From IMG/VR virus record IMGVR_UViG_3300032335_000765, positions 1 through 49,127 of that record: a stretch of DNA of 49,127 bases; one strand, given 5' to 3'. Source of the DNA: a virus (Duplodnaviria; Caudoviricetes). Position 1 is the first letter of the stretch; every line of letters starts with the position of its first letter. Of this stretch, positions 37,534-46,008 are shown in pieces. Under the pieces are notes generated by a model that ran no database searches, was not told the origin of the DNA, and was given only the letters and a program-made list of their open reading frames with translations. The position numbers and the translations under genes are program-made.

Positions 37534-38025
37534 ATGAAGACGATTCACGAAAACCCGAAGAGTGCCGCCAAGGCGATTCGCAGCGAGCTCAAGGTCAAGT
37601 TCCCCGGCATCAAGTTCTCGGTGCGATCCGACGCCGGTCGCGGCTCCAGCATCGACATCGGCTGGACGGATGGCCCGACCGATGAGCAGGTCGCTGCCGT
37701 CACCGGCAAGTACGCCCTCGGTCACTTCGACGGGATGACCGACTCCTACCACTACGACCCCACGCTCGTGGTTGCTGAAGACGGCGAGATCATGAAGCTC
37801 GGCGGTGCTTCCTACATCTTCAACAATCGCCGCATCTCCGATGACGCTCGGGCTGCCTGCTTCGCGGCTTGCGAAACCTACTGGGCCGATTGGGCCAGCC
37901 TCGCCGACTACGAGCGTGATGAGCGGGTCTACCGCATCATCCGCAAGTCTGACTTGCGTGGCGTGAAGGCTGCCAAGTTGCAGTATGCCGACAATGCTGG
38001 CGAGTCGATCTTGGTCGCCGCCTGA
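37534..38025 (+). CDS. LPD29-like (large polyvalent protein-associated) domain protein
   Basis: AKAIRSELKVKFPGIKFSVRS...WTDGP...FDGMTD. Confidence 0.75.
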   Translation: MKTIHENPKSAAKAIRSELKVKFPGIKFSVRSDAGRGSSIDIGWTDGPTDEQVAAVTGKYALGHFDGMTDSYHYDPTLVVAEDGEIMKLGGASYIFNNRRISDDARAACFAACETYWADWASLADYERDERVYRIIRKSDLRGVKAAKLQYADNAGESILVAA

Positions 38026-38090
38026 CGAACTACCGCCCGCTGGCACCTAGCCCAGCGGGCACGACACCACGAGACGAAAGGGAACGAACG

Positions 38091-38300
38091 ATGAGCAAGG
38101 CAACCAAGATGGCGACATACGCGAAGGTTTGGGACGAAAACGAAACGCAGACGGAAGACAAGGACGGCCGCATACATCTCGGCGTTGTCGGCTGGGTTTA
38201 TGAAGTGCGAGTTGGCGGCGAGTACGTTGACCACTTCGACTCGCTGAAGAAGGTGAAGCGGGCGTACCCGAACGCAATCGAACGAGACATCGACAACTGA
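38091..38300 (+). CDS. Hypothetical protein
   Basis: ORF with purine-rich RBS. Confidence 0.65.
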   Translation: MSKATKMATYAKVWDENETQTEDKDGRIHLGVVGWVYEVRVGGEYVDHFDSLKKVKRAYPNAIERDIDN

Positions 38301-38382
38301 CCACACAAGGGTGGGGCCACCCGGCCCGCCGACAGCCGCGAAACGGGTGGCACTTTCAACTTCAACCAACAAGGAACGAACG

Positions 38383-38580
38383 ATGCACGCCACTGTTTCA
38401 CAGAAGCCACAGGTTGATAGTGCAGCCGCTACGCCACGCTTGTGTGCTTGCGGCAACAAGCCTATCGCGGGCGGCATTAGGCAAGTGCGAAACGGCCGAT
38501 GCGATTGGACGGTGCATGACTGGTTTCTGTGCTATCGAGTCGTGCGAGGAACCGTCATCTGGAGGAAGTCGGCAACATGA
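38383..38580 (+). CDS. Hypothetical protein
   Basis: AAGGA RBS. Confidence 0.5.
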   Translation: MHATVSQKPQVDSAAATPRLCACGNKPIAGGIRQVRNGRCDWTVHDWFLCYRVVRGTVIWRKSAT

Positions 38581-38777
38581 GTGCGATGCCGACTCTGGTG
38601 ATTCCGAGATGCCGGTCTTGCGGCCGAGTGCTTTACGATTTCCACAGTCGCTCGTGCTTTCTGGCGTGCTTGCGAGTTCATGTCAATCACACTGAGTCAT
38701 CGAGCGTAGTGCAGCCGCCGAGCGTGCTGCCCGCCGCGCAACACTTCACACCTTCAGCCCCAAAGAGCCAAGCATGA
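38577..38777 (+). CDS. Hypothetical Cys-containing protein
   Basis: GGAGG upstream, ATGA overlaps at both ends. Confidence 0.45.
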   Translation: MSAMPTLVIPRCRSCGRVLYDFHSRSCFLACLRVHVNHTESSSVVQPPSVLPAAQHFTPSAPKSQA

Positions 38778-39259
38778 CCCCCGAACTTTCCGCCCTGCTC
38801 GAATACGGTGCCGCCTGCGTTCGCGTTGCTCCCGGCGACAAGAGACCGCTCGGCAACGCGTGGCAGACCCTCGCGACCAGCGTCGCCGATGTCATCGACG
38901 GCTGGCTCGACCAGGGCTACAACCTCGGCATCTTGCTAGGGCACGGCAATCTGATCGACGTTGAATATGACGATGCCGATGGTCGGGCCGTGCTCGCTAC
39001 TCGCGGTCTGCTCGACATCGAGACGCCGACCTGGGCGAGCGGACGGGGCGAGCATCGGCTCTTCCGCCTTGCTGACCCGCTGCCTGCGATGGGCTGGCGG
39101 AAGATCGGCGGTGCGGAGATCCGCATCGGTGGCAAGCCTGCCCAGAGCGTGCTGCCGCCGAGCCGCCACCCAAGCGGCAGACCGTACACATGGATCGTGT
39201 CTCCCCTGCAATGCAGCCCGGCAGTGGTGACGCTCGCCGACCTCGGGCTCGCGACTTAG
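38774..39259 (+). CDS. Stand-alone bifunctional primase-polymerase N-terminal domain
   Basis: KRP...W, NLGILLG, IDVEYD, GRGEHRLF, VLPPSRHPSGRPYTW. Confidence 0.8.
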   Translation: MTPELSALLEYGAACVRVAPGDKRPLGNAWQTLATSVADVIDGWLDQGYNLGILLGHGNLIDVEYDDADGRAVLATRGLLDIETPTWASGRGEHRLFRLADPLPAMGWRKIGGAEIRIGGKPAQSVLPPSRHPSGRPYTWIVSPLQCSPAVVTLADLGLAT

Positions 39260-39279
39260 TTCACCGCCAAGGAGGGCAC

Positions 39280-39351
39280 ATGAACGCTGAAATCTGGATC
39301 GAGCTCGCGATCGTTTTGCTGCGGATTCTCGCTGCCGGTATTTCTGGTTGA
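39280..39351 (+). CDS. 23-aa hydrophobic peptide MNAEIWIELAIVLLRILAAGISG
   Basis: Strong AAGGAGG RBS; single TM-like helix. Confidence 0.6.
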   Translation: MNAEIWIELAIVLLRILAAGISG

Positions 39352-39376
39352 CAGAACTACCGATAGCCAATAGCCT
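39348..39376 (+). promoter_or_regulatory. Promoter with AACTACCGATAG operator
   Basis: TTGACA-17-TAGCCT. Confidence 0.7.
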
Positions 39377-39536
39377 AAATGCCGATAGACCATACGGCAC
39401 GAACGAAAACGCCTCATTTCCTAGAGCGAAACGCCGGGAGAAAAAGTTGCTTGACCGGGCAGATGAGGGGGTTACGATACGCCCCCTCACCGATGGACAG
39501 ACGATCAGTTCTTCACCTCGCAGGGAGTCAAAACGC

Positions 39537-39773
39537 ATGGACGCAAACACGATGCCGGGCGACGCGGAAGCCGCCGCCGCGATCGCCGCGATGGGCGAGA
39601 TCTACATCAGCGGATGGACGCCCGAGCCGGGCGACATGGTGCGGGTGCCTCGCCCGTTCTACGGCACGCACTACATTGGCCGCGTTGCCGAGAACGTGGG
39701 CGAGCGGTGGCTGATTGACACGCCTGACGGGCGGCTGGAGTTCCTGCTCGATGAGATCGAGCGGGTGCGATAA
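39537..39773 (+). CDS. Small SH3/KOW-like hypothetical protein
   Basis: GGGAG RBS; PGDMVRV...IGRV. Confidence 0.6.
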   Translation: MDANTMPGDAEAAAAIAAMGEIYISGWTPEPGDMVRVPRPFYGTHYIGRVAENVGERWLIDTPDGRLEFLLDEIERVR

Positions 39774-39808
39774 CCCCAGAAATCACGGGTGTTTTGGCAT
39801 GGGTTTTG

Positions 39809-39825
39809 CCCCCCCCCCCCCCCCC
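39809..39825 (+). repeat. C17 homopolymer in a putative promoter spacer
   Basis: TTG-C17-TATCTT. Confidence 0.85.
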
Positions 39826-39837
39826 TATCTTGCCGCC

Positions 39838-39970
39838 GATTGAGGGAGGACACGCGTTCACACACTGCGAGAGGGAATCAACCACCCAACAAGCAAACAG
39901 GAGAGCCGTCGGAGACGGCGACGCCAAGGAAGGGACACCGCCGCTGACCTAGGACGGGGACGCGGCTTTT
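39838..39970 (+). ncRNA. Putative GGA-rich CsrB/RsmY-like RNA or leader
   Basis: Nine GGA in ~120 nt, some in hairpin loops; ends in GCCGC...GCGGC-TTTT. Confidence 0.45.
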
Positions 39971-40007
39971 CATCAGCGGAACAACAGAAACGAAAGGAAC
40001 TCGACAG

Positions 40008-40916
40008 ATGGTTCAGATCAGAAAAGCCCGCCGCTCGGCAACGAAACTGCGGCTCTTGCTCACCGGCCCGAGCGGTGCGGGCAAGACGTTCGGAGCCTTG
40101 CTCGTGGCGAAGGGGCTCGGCTCCCAGCGGACGATCGTCATCGACACCGAGCAGGGTTCGAGCGATCTCTACGACCGGCTGCACGACTTCGATGTGATCG
40201 ATGTCGCCCCGCCGTTTACGCCCGAGGCGTACATCGAGGCGATCGACGCGGCCGAAGCGGCCGGTGCCGACTGCATCGTGATCGACTCGATCAGTCACGA
40301 GTGGAATGGGAAGGGAGGCTGCTTGGAACTCGTGGATGAGATCGCGAGGGCGAAGTTCAAGGGCAACACATGGAGTGCCTGGAGCGAGCTCACCCCGCGT
40401 CACCGAGCGTTCATCGACCGGATGCTCCGCAGTTCGGCCCACATCATCGCGACGGGCCGGGCGAAAACCGAGACGGCGCAGATCGATGACCACGGGCGGA
40501 AGAAGGTGGTCAGGCTCGGCATGAAACTCGAAAGCCGCGACGGTGCCGAGTATGAGTTCACGACCGTTCTCGACATCGTTCACGACGGGCACTTCGCGGT
40601 CGCTAGCAAGGATCGCACCGGCATTTTCGGGGGCGATCCCAAGCCGATCGGCGTCGAGACCGGAAAGGCTTTCGCCGAGTGGCTCGCGGGCGGCACGCCG
40701 ACCGTGACGCCGCCGAGCGAGAAGTTTCTCCAGGCGGGCGACTACATCGCCAAGGCGGCGACCGACGCGGATCTCCGCAAGGCGACCCGAGCGATCGACG
40801 GGTACGTGGTCGCCGGGCAGTTGACCAGCGATGAGTGGTCGCGTCTCACCGACGCGATCACCGAGCGGCTGGCCGCGATCGAGACCACGGCGGGCGAGCC
40901 CGCTGCGACTGAGTGA
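40008..40916 (+). CDS. AAA_24/Sak4-like ATPase (ssDNA-annealing recombinase)
   Basis: GPSGAGKT, IDTE, IVIDSISHEW, EYEF, KDRT. Confidence 0.85.
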   Translation: MVQIRKARRSATKLRLLLTGPSGAGKTFGALLVAKGLGSQRTIVIDTEQGSSDLYDRLHDFDVIDVAPPFTPEAYIEAIDAAEAAGADCIVIDSISHEWNGKGGCLELVDEIARAKFKGNTWSAWSELTPRHRAFIDRMLRSSAHIIATGRAKTETAQIDDHGRKKVVRLGMKLESRDGAEYEFTTVLDIVHDGHFAVASKDRTGIFGGDPKPIGVETGKAFAEWLAGGTPTVTPPSEKFLQAGDYIAKAATDADLRKATRAIDGYVVAGQLTSDEWSRLTDAITERLAAIETTAGEPAATE

Positions 40917-40958
40917 ATGGAACGGAATCGACACCCCTACGGAAAGGACACGACAGAG

Positions 40959-41432
40959 ATGGATTTCGTGATTGACGATCAGCCGACCGAGACCGTGACG
41001 CATGAGCGGGCGATTGTGCCGCCTGGGCGGCACGAGATGTTCGTGAAGCTGTGCGAGGAAGGCACGAACGAGTACAAGCGTCACGAGACGAACCCGCACG
41101 GCAACTGCCTCAAGCTGCGGCTCGCGACGGTCGAGGGCGACTATCGGTTCGTCTTCGATGACATTCCGCATCACCTCGGGTGGCGGGCCGCGAACCTTGC
41201 CGACGCCCTCGGCATCAAGCCCGTCGATGGTCGCCTCTCGCTCTCGCCGGGCGACATCGAGGGGCAGACGCTCGTGGTGGAGATCAGCCACTACACATCG
41301 AAGGCTGGCAAGACGAGTGCGGTCGTGAAGCGGTACGTGCCCGCGACGGTCGCCGCGAAGCCTGCCGCGCTCAAGGCGACGCCGAAGCCGCCGCCTGCGG
41401 ATCGCCTGCCCGGCGATGACATCCCGTTCTGA
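40959..41432 (+). CDS. SSB-like protein (DUF669-like)
   Basis: VPPGRH N-terminus, acidic DDIPF tail; follows Sak4-like gene. Confidence 0.75.
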   Translation: MDFVIDDQPTETVTHERAIVPPGRHEMFVKLCEEGTNEYKRHETNPHGNCLKLRLATVEGDYRFVFDDIPHHLGWRAANLADALGIKPVDGRLSLSPGDIEGQTLVVEISHYTSKAGKTSAVVKRYVPATVAAKPAALKATPKPPPADRLPGDDIPF

Positions 41433-41437
41433 TCTCT

Positions 41438-41576
41438 CGGCACGCGGTTGCCGGTGGCTGCCAAGCCACATCCGCCGCCACGCACGCAGAGGCGTTGTAT
41501 CGGTGCAGTCGAGGCTCATACCTCCTTGCTTGCGAGTGACTCGACCGGATGCGGCACGACACGCCGCCAATACACC
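41438..41576 (+). ncRNA. Candidate structured RNA
   Basis: Several nested stems in an intergenic region; ACCTCC exposed in a loop. Confidence 0.35.
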
Positions 41577-41590
41577 CCAAGGGACGAAGC

Positions 41591-41869
41591 ATGAAGACGG
41601 TCTATCGAGCGATTTTACAAGTCGGTTCAGCACACCCGAAGTACGTGAGCATCACGATCCAGAGCGGCGAGATGCGTGCGATCGCTGGGATGTGGTGGGT
41701 CGAGATGCCCGGCGGATTCATGACGCAGCACGATGAGAAATGGTGCGACAGCGAGGCTAAAGCGTGGAGCATGGCTGCGATCAGCATCGAGGCGATTGCC
41801 AACGGGCTGGGTGATCGAGCGAACTTCTGCCGCGACATGGCAGACGCGTCGAAGGCGGTGCCCGCATGA
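41591..41869 (+). CDS. Hypothetical protein
   Basis: AAGGGA RBS; coupled to next gene. Confidence 0.6.
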   Translation: MKTVYRAILQVGSAHPKYVSITIQSGEMRAIAGMWWVEMPGGFMTQHDEKWCDSEAKAWSMAAISIEAIANGLGDRANFCRDMADASKAVPA

Positions 41870-42099
41870 GCGACGCCTACCTGGGCACGAGGCCCATCGT
41901 TCGGCTCAATGCTCTGGCCGATCGTCTCGTGGCGATCGAAGCCGAGAAGCGGCAGCGAGGCGATTGCGACTACGCGGCACTGGTGCCCGAGGTTGCCGAC
42001 GCGTTGCGGGAGCTTGCCGCGATCAAGTTCGCCGAGTGGCGGAAAGAGAACCCAGAGACCGAGCGATACGTGCCGCCAAAAACATGGAGAGGGGACTGA
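41866..42099 (+). CDS. Hypothetical protein
   Basis: ATGA overlap. Confidence 0.6.
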   Translation: MSDAYLGTRPIVRLNALADRLVAIEAEKRQRGDCDYAALVPEVADALRELAAIKFAEWRKENPETERYVPPKTWRGD

Positions 42100-42101
42100 C
42101 C

Positions 42102-43553
42102 ATGAACATCTATCTCGATGACACAATCGACGCGTACCGCACCTTTCTCAAGATCAAGGCACTGCCTCGGTATGAGATTCACGGCCGCATGGCGGTCGTG
42201 CCCGACGAGTACGCCGCGAGCCTGGGCGTGGTCGGCGAAGAGCATCGCGATGTGCCCTACGTTCCGCGCGAGGGGCTATTCGACTACCAGCGGGACATCA
42301 TCCGCATGGCGATCCAGAAGCAACGGTTCGCGATCTTCGCGGACTGCGGGCTCGGCAAGACGCTCATGCTCTTGGAGTTTGCTCGCCATGTGCGGGCGGT
42401 GCAGGATCGCCCGGTGCTGATCGTCTCGCCACTGATGGTGGTGAAGCAGACGATCGAAGAGGCGGCGAAGTTCTACGGTGACTCGCTGCCGATCGAGCAA
42501 GTCTCCGCGAAGGCGTTGCCGAAGTGGCTGAACACGCCCGGCGGGCGACTCGGCATCACGAACTATGACGCCCTGCGGGATGACACTCCGACCGGAGACC
42601 TGGGCGGGCTCATCCTCGATGAGTCTTCGATGCTCAAGAGCCACTACGGCAAGTGGGGGCAAGTCTGCCTACGGCTCGGGGCTGGTATCCCGTGGAAGCT
42701 CGCCCTCACCGGCACGCCTGCGCCGAACGATCGCATCGAGTACGCGAACCACGCCGTCTTCCTCGACGCGTTCCCGAATGTGAACTCGTTCCTCGCTCGG
42801 TTCTTCATCAACCGGGGGCAGACGAATGAGCGATGGGAACTGAAGCCGCACGCGTTGCGGCCGTTCTATCGGGCTCTCTCGCACTGGTGCATCTTCCTCA
42901 CCGACCCGAGCACCTACGGATGGAAGGATAACGTCCACAACATCCCTCCGATCCGCGTGAGCATCGAGGAAGTTCGGCTTTCGGATGAGCAAGAGCGGAA
43001 GGTGCGGATCGAGACCGGGCAGCTATTTGTGACTGAGCTCGGCGGGATCACGACTCGCTCGAAGCTCTCGCGGATGGCGAAGTGCGAGAGCAGCCCGAAG
43101 CCGCAGTACATCGCTGACCTCGTGCGGTCGTGGCCCGATGAATCCACGATCATCTGGTGCCGCTACAACGACGAGCAGCGGGCGATCGAGCAAGTGCTGC
43201 CCGAGGCCGCGAGCATCGACGGCGATACGCCGATCGAAGAGCGGCAGCGGATCGTTGATGACTTCAAGGGGGGCCGCGTGCGCGTGCTCGTGACGAAGCC
43301 CAAGATCCTCGGGTTCGGATTGAACCTCCAAGTCTGCACACGACAAGTCTTCAGCGGCTTACAGGACTCCTATGAGGAGTATTACCAAGCCGTGAAGCGG
43401 TCGAACCGTATCGGCAGCACCAACCCGCTCATGGTGCATATCCCGGTTTCCGACGTTGAGCGTCCGATGGTCGAGAACGTGCTACGGAAGGCACGTCGCG
43501 TCGAGGCTGATACCCGCGAACAGGAGGCGATGTTCCGCAATGCTGCTCTCTGA
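42102..43553 (+). CDS. SNF2-like superfamily 2 helicase
   Basis: CGLGKT, LDESS, TGTPAPN, GFGLNLQ, QAVKRSNRIG. Confidence 0.9.
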   Translation: MNIYLDDTIDAYRTFLKIKALPRYEIHGRMAVVPDEYAASLGVVGEEHRDVPYVPREGLFDYQRDIIRMAIQKQRFAIFADCGLGKTLMLLEFARHVRAVQDRPVLIVSPLMVVKQTIEEAAKFYGDSLPIEQVSAKALPKWLNTPGGRLGITNYDALRDDTPTGDLGGLILDESSMLKSHYGKWGQVCLRLGAGIPWKLALTGTPAPNDRIEYANHAVFLDAFPNVNSFLARFFINRGQTNERWELKPHALRPFYRALSHWCIFLTDPSTYGWKDNVHNIPPIRVSIEEVRLSDEQERKVRIETGQLFVTELGGITTRSKLSRMAKCESSPKPQYIADLVRSWPDESTIIWCRYNDEQRAIEQVLPEAASIDGDTPIEERQRIVDDFKGGRVRVLVTKPKILGFGLNLQVCTRQVFSGLQDSYEEYYQAVKRSNRIGSTNPLMVHIPVSDVERPMVENVLRKARRVEADTREQEAMFRNAAL

Positions 43554-44424
43554 CTCCTATCACGTTCATCACGGCGACTGCATCCCGCACATGCTGGAGA
43601 AGATGCTGCCTGCATCGGTTGATTTCGCCGTGTTCTCGCCGCCGTTCCCGAGCTTGTTCGCTTACACGAGCAAGCCCGAGGACATCGGAAACAGCGAGGA
43701 CATGCGGGGCGAGGCGAAGTTGCACCTTGGGTATTTCTTTCGCGGTCTGCGTCGCGTGCTCAAGCCGGGCCGTGCTGCGGTCGTGCATGTGATGCAGATC
43801 CCGCGACTGAAGCGGAGCGGCGAGGTCGGGCTGCACGACTATCGCGGGCTGAACATCCGGCTCGGGGAGCGGGCCGGGCTGGTCTACGAATACGATTGGG
43901 TTGTTCGGAAGAACCCGCAAGCCCAGGCGATTCGCACGCGGAGCCGCGAGTTGCAGTTCGCCGGGCTCGAAAGCGACCGAGCGAAGCAGCGGGGATGCCT
44001 GCCCGACTACCTCATCAAGTTTCGAGCCCCCGGCGAGAACGCCGTTGCGATCGACTCCGAGGGCGACGTTTCGCGGAACGAGTGGATTGATTGGGCCGAG
44101 TGCTGCTGGAGCGACATCCGCGAGACGAACACGCTCAACGTGAAGGAAGCCCGCAGCGAGGAAGACACGCGGCACATCTGCCCGCTCCAGTTGGATGTGA
44201 TTGACCGGCTCGTGAGGCTCTACACGAACCCCGGCGAGATCGTGTTCAGCCCGTTCACCGGGATCGGGAGCGAGGGCTACGTGTCGCTCCAGCGTGGGCG
44301 GCGGTTCTACGGCTGCGAACTGAAGCCCGAGTACCACGCCCAGGCTCACAAGAACCTCGCCAGTGCCCAGCGGAAGCACGCGGCAGACAGCCGCACCCTC
44401 TTCGACGCGGAGGCTGTGGCATGA
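43540..44424 (+). CDS. DNA N4-C/N6-A methyltransferase (beta class)
   Basis: SPPF, HICPLQ, SPFTGIGSEG. Confidence 0.88.
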   Translation: MLLSDSYHVHHGDCIPHMLEKMLPASVDFAVFSPPFPSLFAYTSKPEDIGNSEDMRGEAKLHLGYFFRGLRRVLKPGRAAVVHVMQIPRLKRSGEVGLHDYRGLNIRLGERAGLVYEYDWVVRKNPQAQAIRTRSRELQFAGLESDRAKQRGCLPDYLIKFRAPGENAVAIDSEGDVSRNEWIDWAECCWSDIRETNTLNVKEARSEEDTRHICPLQLDVIDRLVRLYTNPGEIVFSPFTGIGSEGYVSLQRGRRFYGCELKPEYHAQAHKNLASAQRKHAADSRTLFDAEAVA

Positions 44425-44606
44425 ACTGGCTCCGCAACATCTTCCGCCCCCGCCCCTCCCGCGATCTGCGGCAACTCGCCGAGTCGCTGGAGGCTGAGAA
44501 CGAACGGCTCCGCGAGGAGAACCGGCGGCTGCACACGCTCTGCCGGTGCCTTCGCGATGTCAACGAACACCTCGACAAGCGGCTGCTCGCGGAGGAAACG
44601 CGATGA
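44421..44606 (+). CDS. Coiled-coil hypothetical protein
   Basis: ATGA overlap. Confidence 0.6.
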   Translation: MNWLRNIFRPRPSRDLRQLAESLEAENERLREENRRLHTLCRCLRDVNEHLDKRLLAEETR

Positions 44607-44881
44607 GCAAGATTCACAGCAGGAGCGAGCGGCTCGCGAAACTGCTTTCACTAAGGGCACCGCTCTCTCTTATCACGAACGAAGCGAGGATGCTGATTCG
44701 CGGGCACGAGGAGATCGACTTGAAGTGGGGATTCGGCGTCACGAGCCGATGGCCCGCCCTGGCTATCTGGGGGCTGGCTTGTCTTTGCAACGAGCAGGAC
44801 AGCGAGATTCGCGAGCTCAAGCGACAAGTGCGTGATTTCAAGAAACGCAAGAAATCGGACGGGAAGGATGTGCAGGCATGA
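44603..44881 (+). CDS. Hypothetical protein
   Basis: GGAGG RBS, ATGA overlaps. Confidence 0.55.
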   Translation: MSKIHSRSERLAKLLSLRAPLSLITNEARMLIRGHEEIDLKWGFGVTSRWPALAIWGLACLCNEQDSEIRELKRQVRDFKKRKKSDGKDVQA

Positions 44882-45171
44882 ACACGCTCGAAGACCTACC
44901 GCTCTTTCAGTGGCACAGCCGCACCAGCCGGGCCGCTGCCGAGTCGCTGACGCCGACCACCATCAACGCGTGCCACAGGAAGGTACTCGACTACCTCGCC
45001 GATCACCCCGAAGGGGCGACCGATGAGCAGATGCAACTGGGTATCCCGATGTCGCCGAGCACCCAGCGGCCCCGACGGGGCGAGCTTGTCGCGAAGGGGA
45101 TGATTGTCCAGGCGGGCGAAGGGAAGACCGCGAGCGGACGGCGGGCGGTGAAGTGGGCGTTGCGGGGTTGA
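44878..45171 (+). CDS. Winged-helix DNA-binding protein
   Basis: GATDEQ...RPRRGELVAKG...SGRRAVKW. Confidence 0.7.
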   Translation: MNTLEDLPLFQWHSRTSRAAAESLTPTTINACHRKVLDYLADHPEGATDEQMQLGIPMSPSTQRPRRGELVAKGMIVQAGEGKTASGRRAVKWALRG

Positions 45172-45204
45172 TCGTCAGGAATGAATACGAACAGGAGCCA
45201 ACGG

Positions 45205-46008
45205 ATGGCACGGGCGACGGTTGACCACTACATCCCGTTCTTCGGTCGCGACTTCTACGCGAGCACCGCCATGTGGACGGCGGAAGAGGTCGGGCACTAC
45301 ATGCGGCTCCTCATCATTCAGTGGGATGCTGGGAGCCTGCCGTCGGATCTCAGCCGCCTGGAGCTCGTCTCCCCAGGCGTCGGCCGGGTCTGGGATCTGC
45401 TTGTCGAGAAGTTCCCCCTCGGAGAGGACGGGCTGCGGCGGAACCACCGGATGGAGGAGCACCGACTTCGGGCGGCGGAACTCCAGGCAGCCCGGTCAGA
45501 GGCTGGCAAGATCGGCAACGAAAAGCGGTGGGGGGATCGCAAAGCGATCGCAAACGGATCGCAAAGCGATCGCAAGGCGATCGCAAACGGCATCGCAAAA
45601 ACATCGCCTCCATCCCCATCCCCATCTCCATCCCCAAATACAAACTCCATCCCCGTCCCCAAAGAAGAAAACACACACACACACACCGCCTGCGGCGACG
45701 ATTTTCGGAAGCCCGGATGGGCAGCCGACGAGTGGGAGCGGTTCGTGGCGGTCTGGAACCAGACGGGCCGTGCGGCTCGCTGGGAGCCCCGTATAGCCCC
45801 GTCGGCGTGGGTGGACTATGCCGCGTCGCCGGGCTGGCAGCAGCGGGCATACGCAGCCCTGGAGCGTCTGCCGGGGTGCGAGTTCTTTGAGACGCCGCTG
45901 GCCGTGACCAAGTTCTTCGAGTTCGTGGATCGCATCCTCGCTGGCGAGTTTGACAGGCAGCGGCAGGATGGACGGCGAGCCAAGCAACGGACAGGAGGCA
46001 ACCTGTGA
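45205..46008 (+). CDS. DUF1376/YdaU-family replication initiator-like protein
   Basis: YIPFFGRDF...EEVGHYMRLL...GSLP; internal iterons. Confidence 0.75.
   Translation: MARATVDHYIPFFGRDFYASTAMWTAEEVGHYMRLLIIQWDAGSLPSDLSRLELVSPGVGRVWDLLVEKFPLGEDGLRRNHRMEEHRLRAAELQAARSEAGKIGNEKRWGDRKAIANGSQSDRKAIANGIAKTSPPSPSPSPSPNTNSIPVPKEENTHTHTACGDDFRKPGWAADEWERFVAVWNQTGRAARWEPRIAPSAWVDYAASPGWQQRAYAALERLPGCEFFETPLAVTKFFEFVDRILAGEFDRQRQDGRRAKQRTGGNL
45535..45600 (+). repeat. Iteron-like tandem 11-mers (GATCGCAAAGC), putative origin
   Basis: Five tandem 11-bp copies plus one partial, then CCATCC repeats and an AC-rich tract. Confidence 0.75.

Noticed and set aside
39858-41633. Long minus-strand ORFs (also 47020-48705, 13240-14451, 32670-33737)
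   Set aside because: Antisense shadows of high-GC coding genes; no motifs or RBS
45535-45600. CRISPR mini-array
   Set aside because: 11-bp tandem repeats without spacers, inside a CDS
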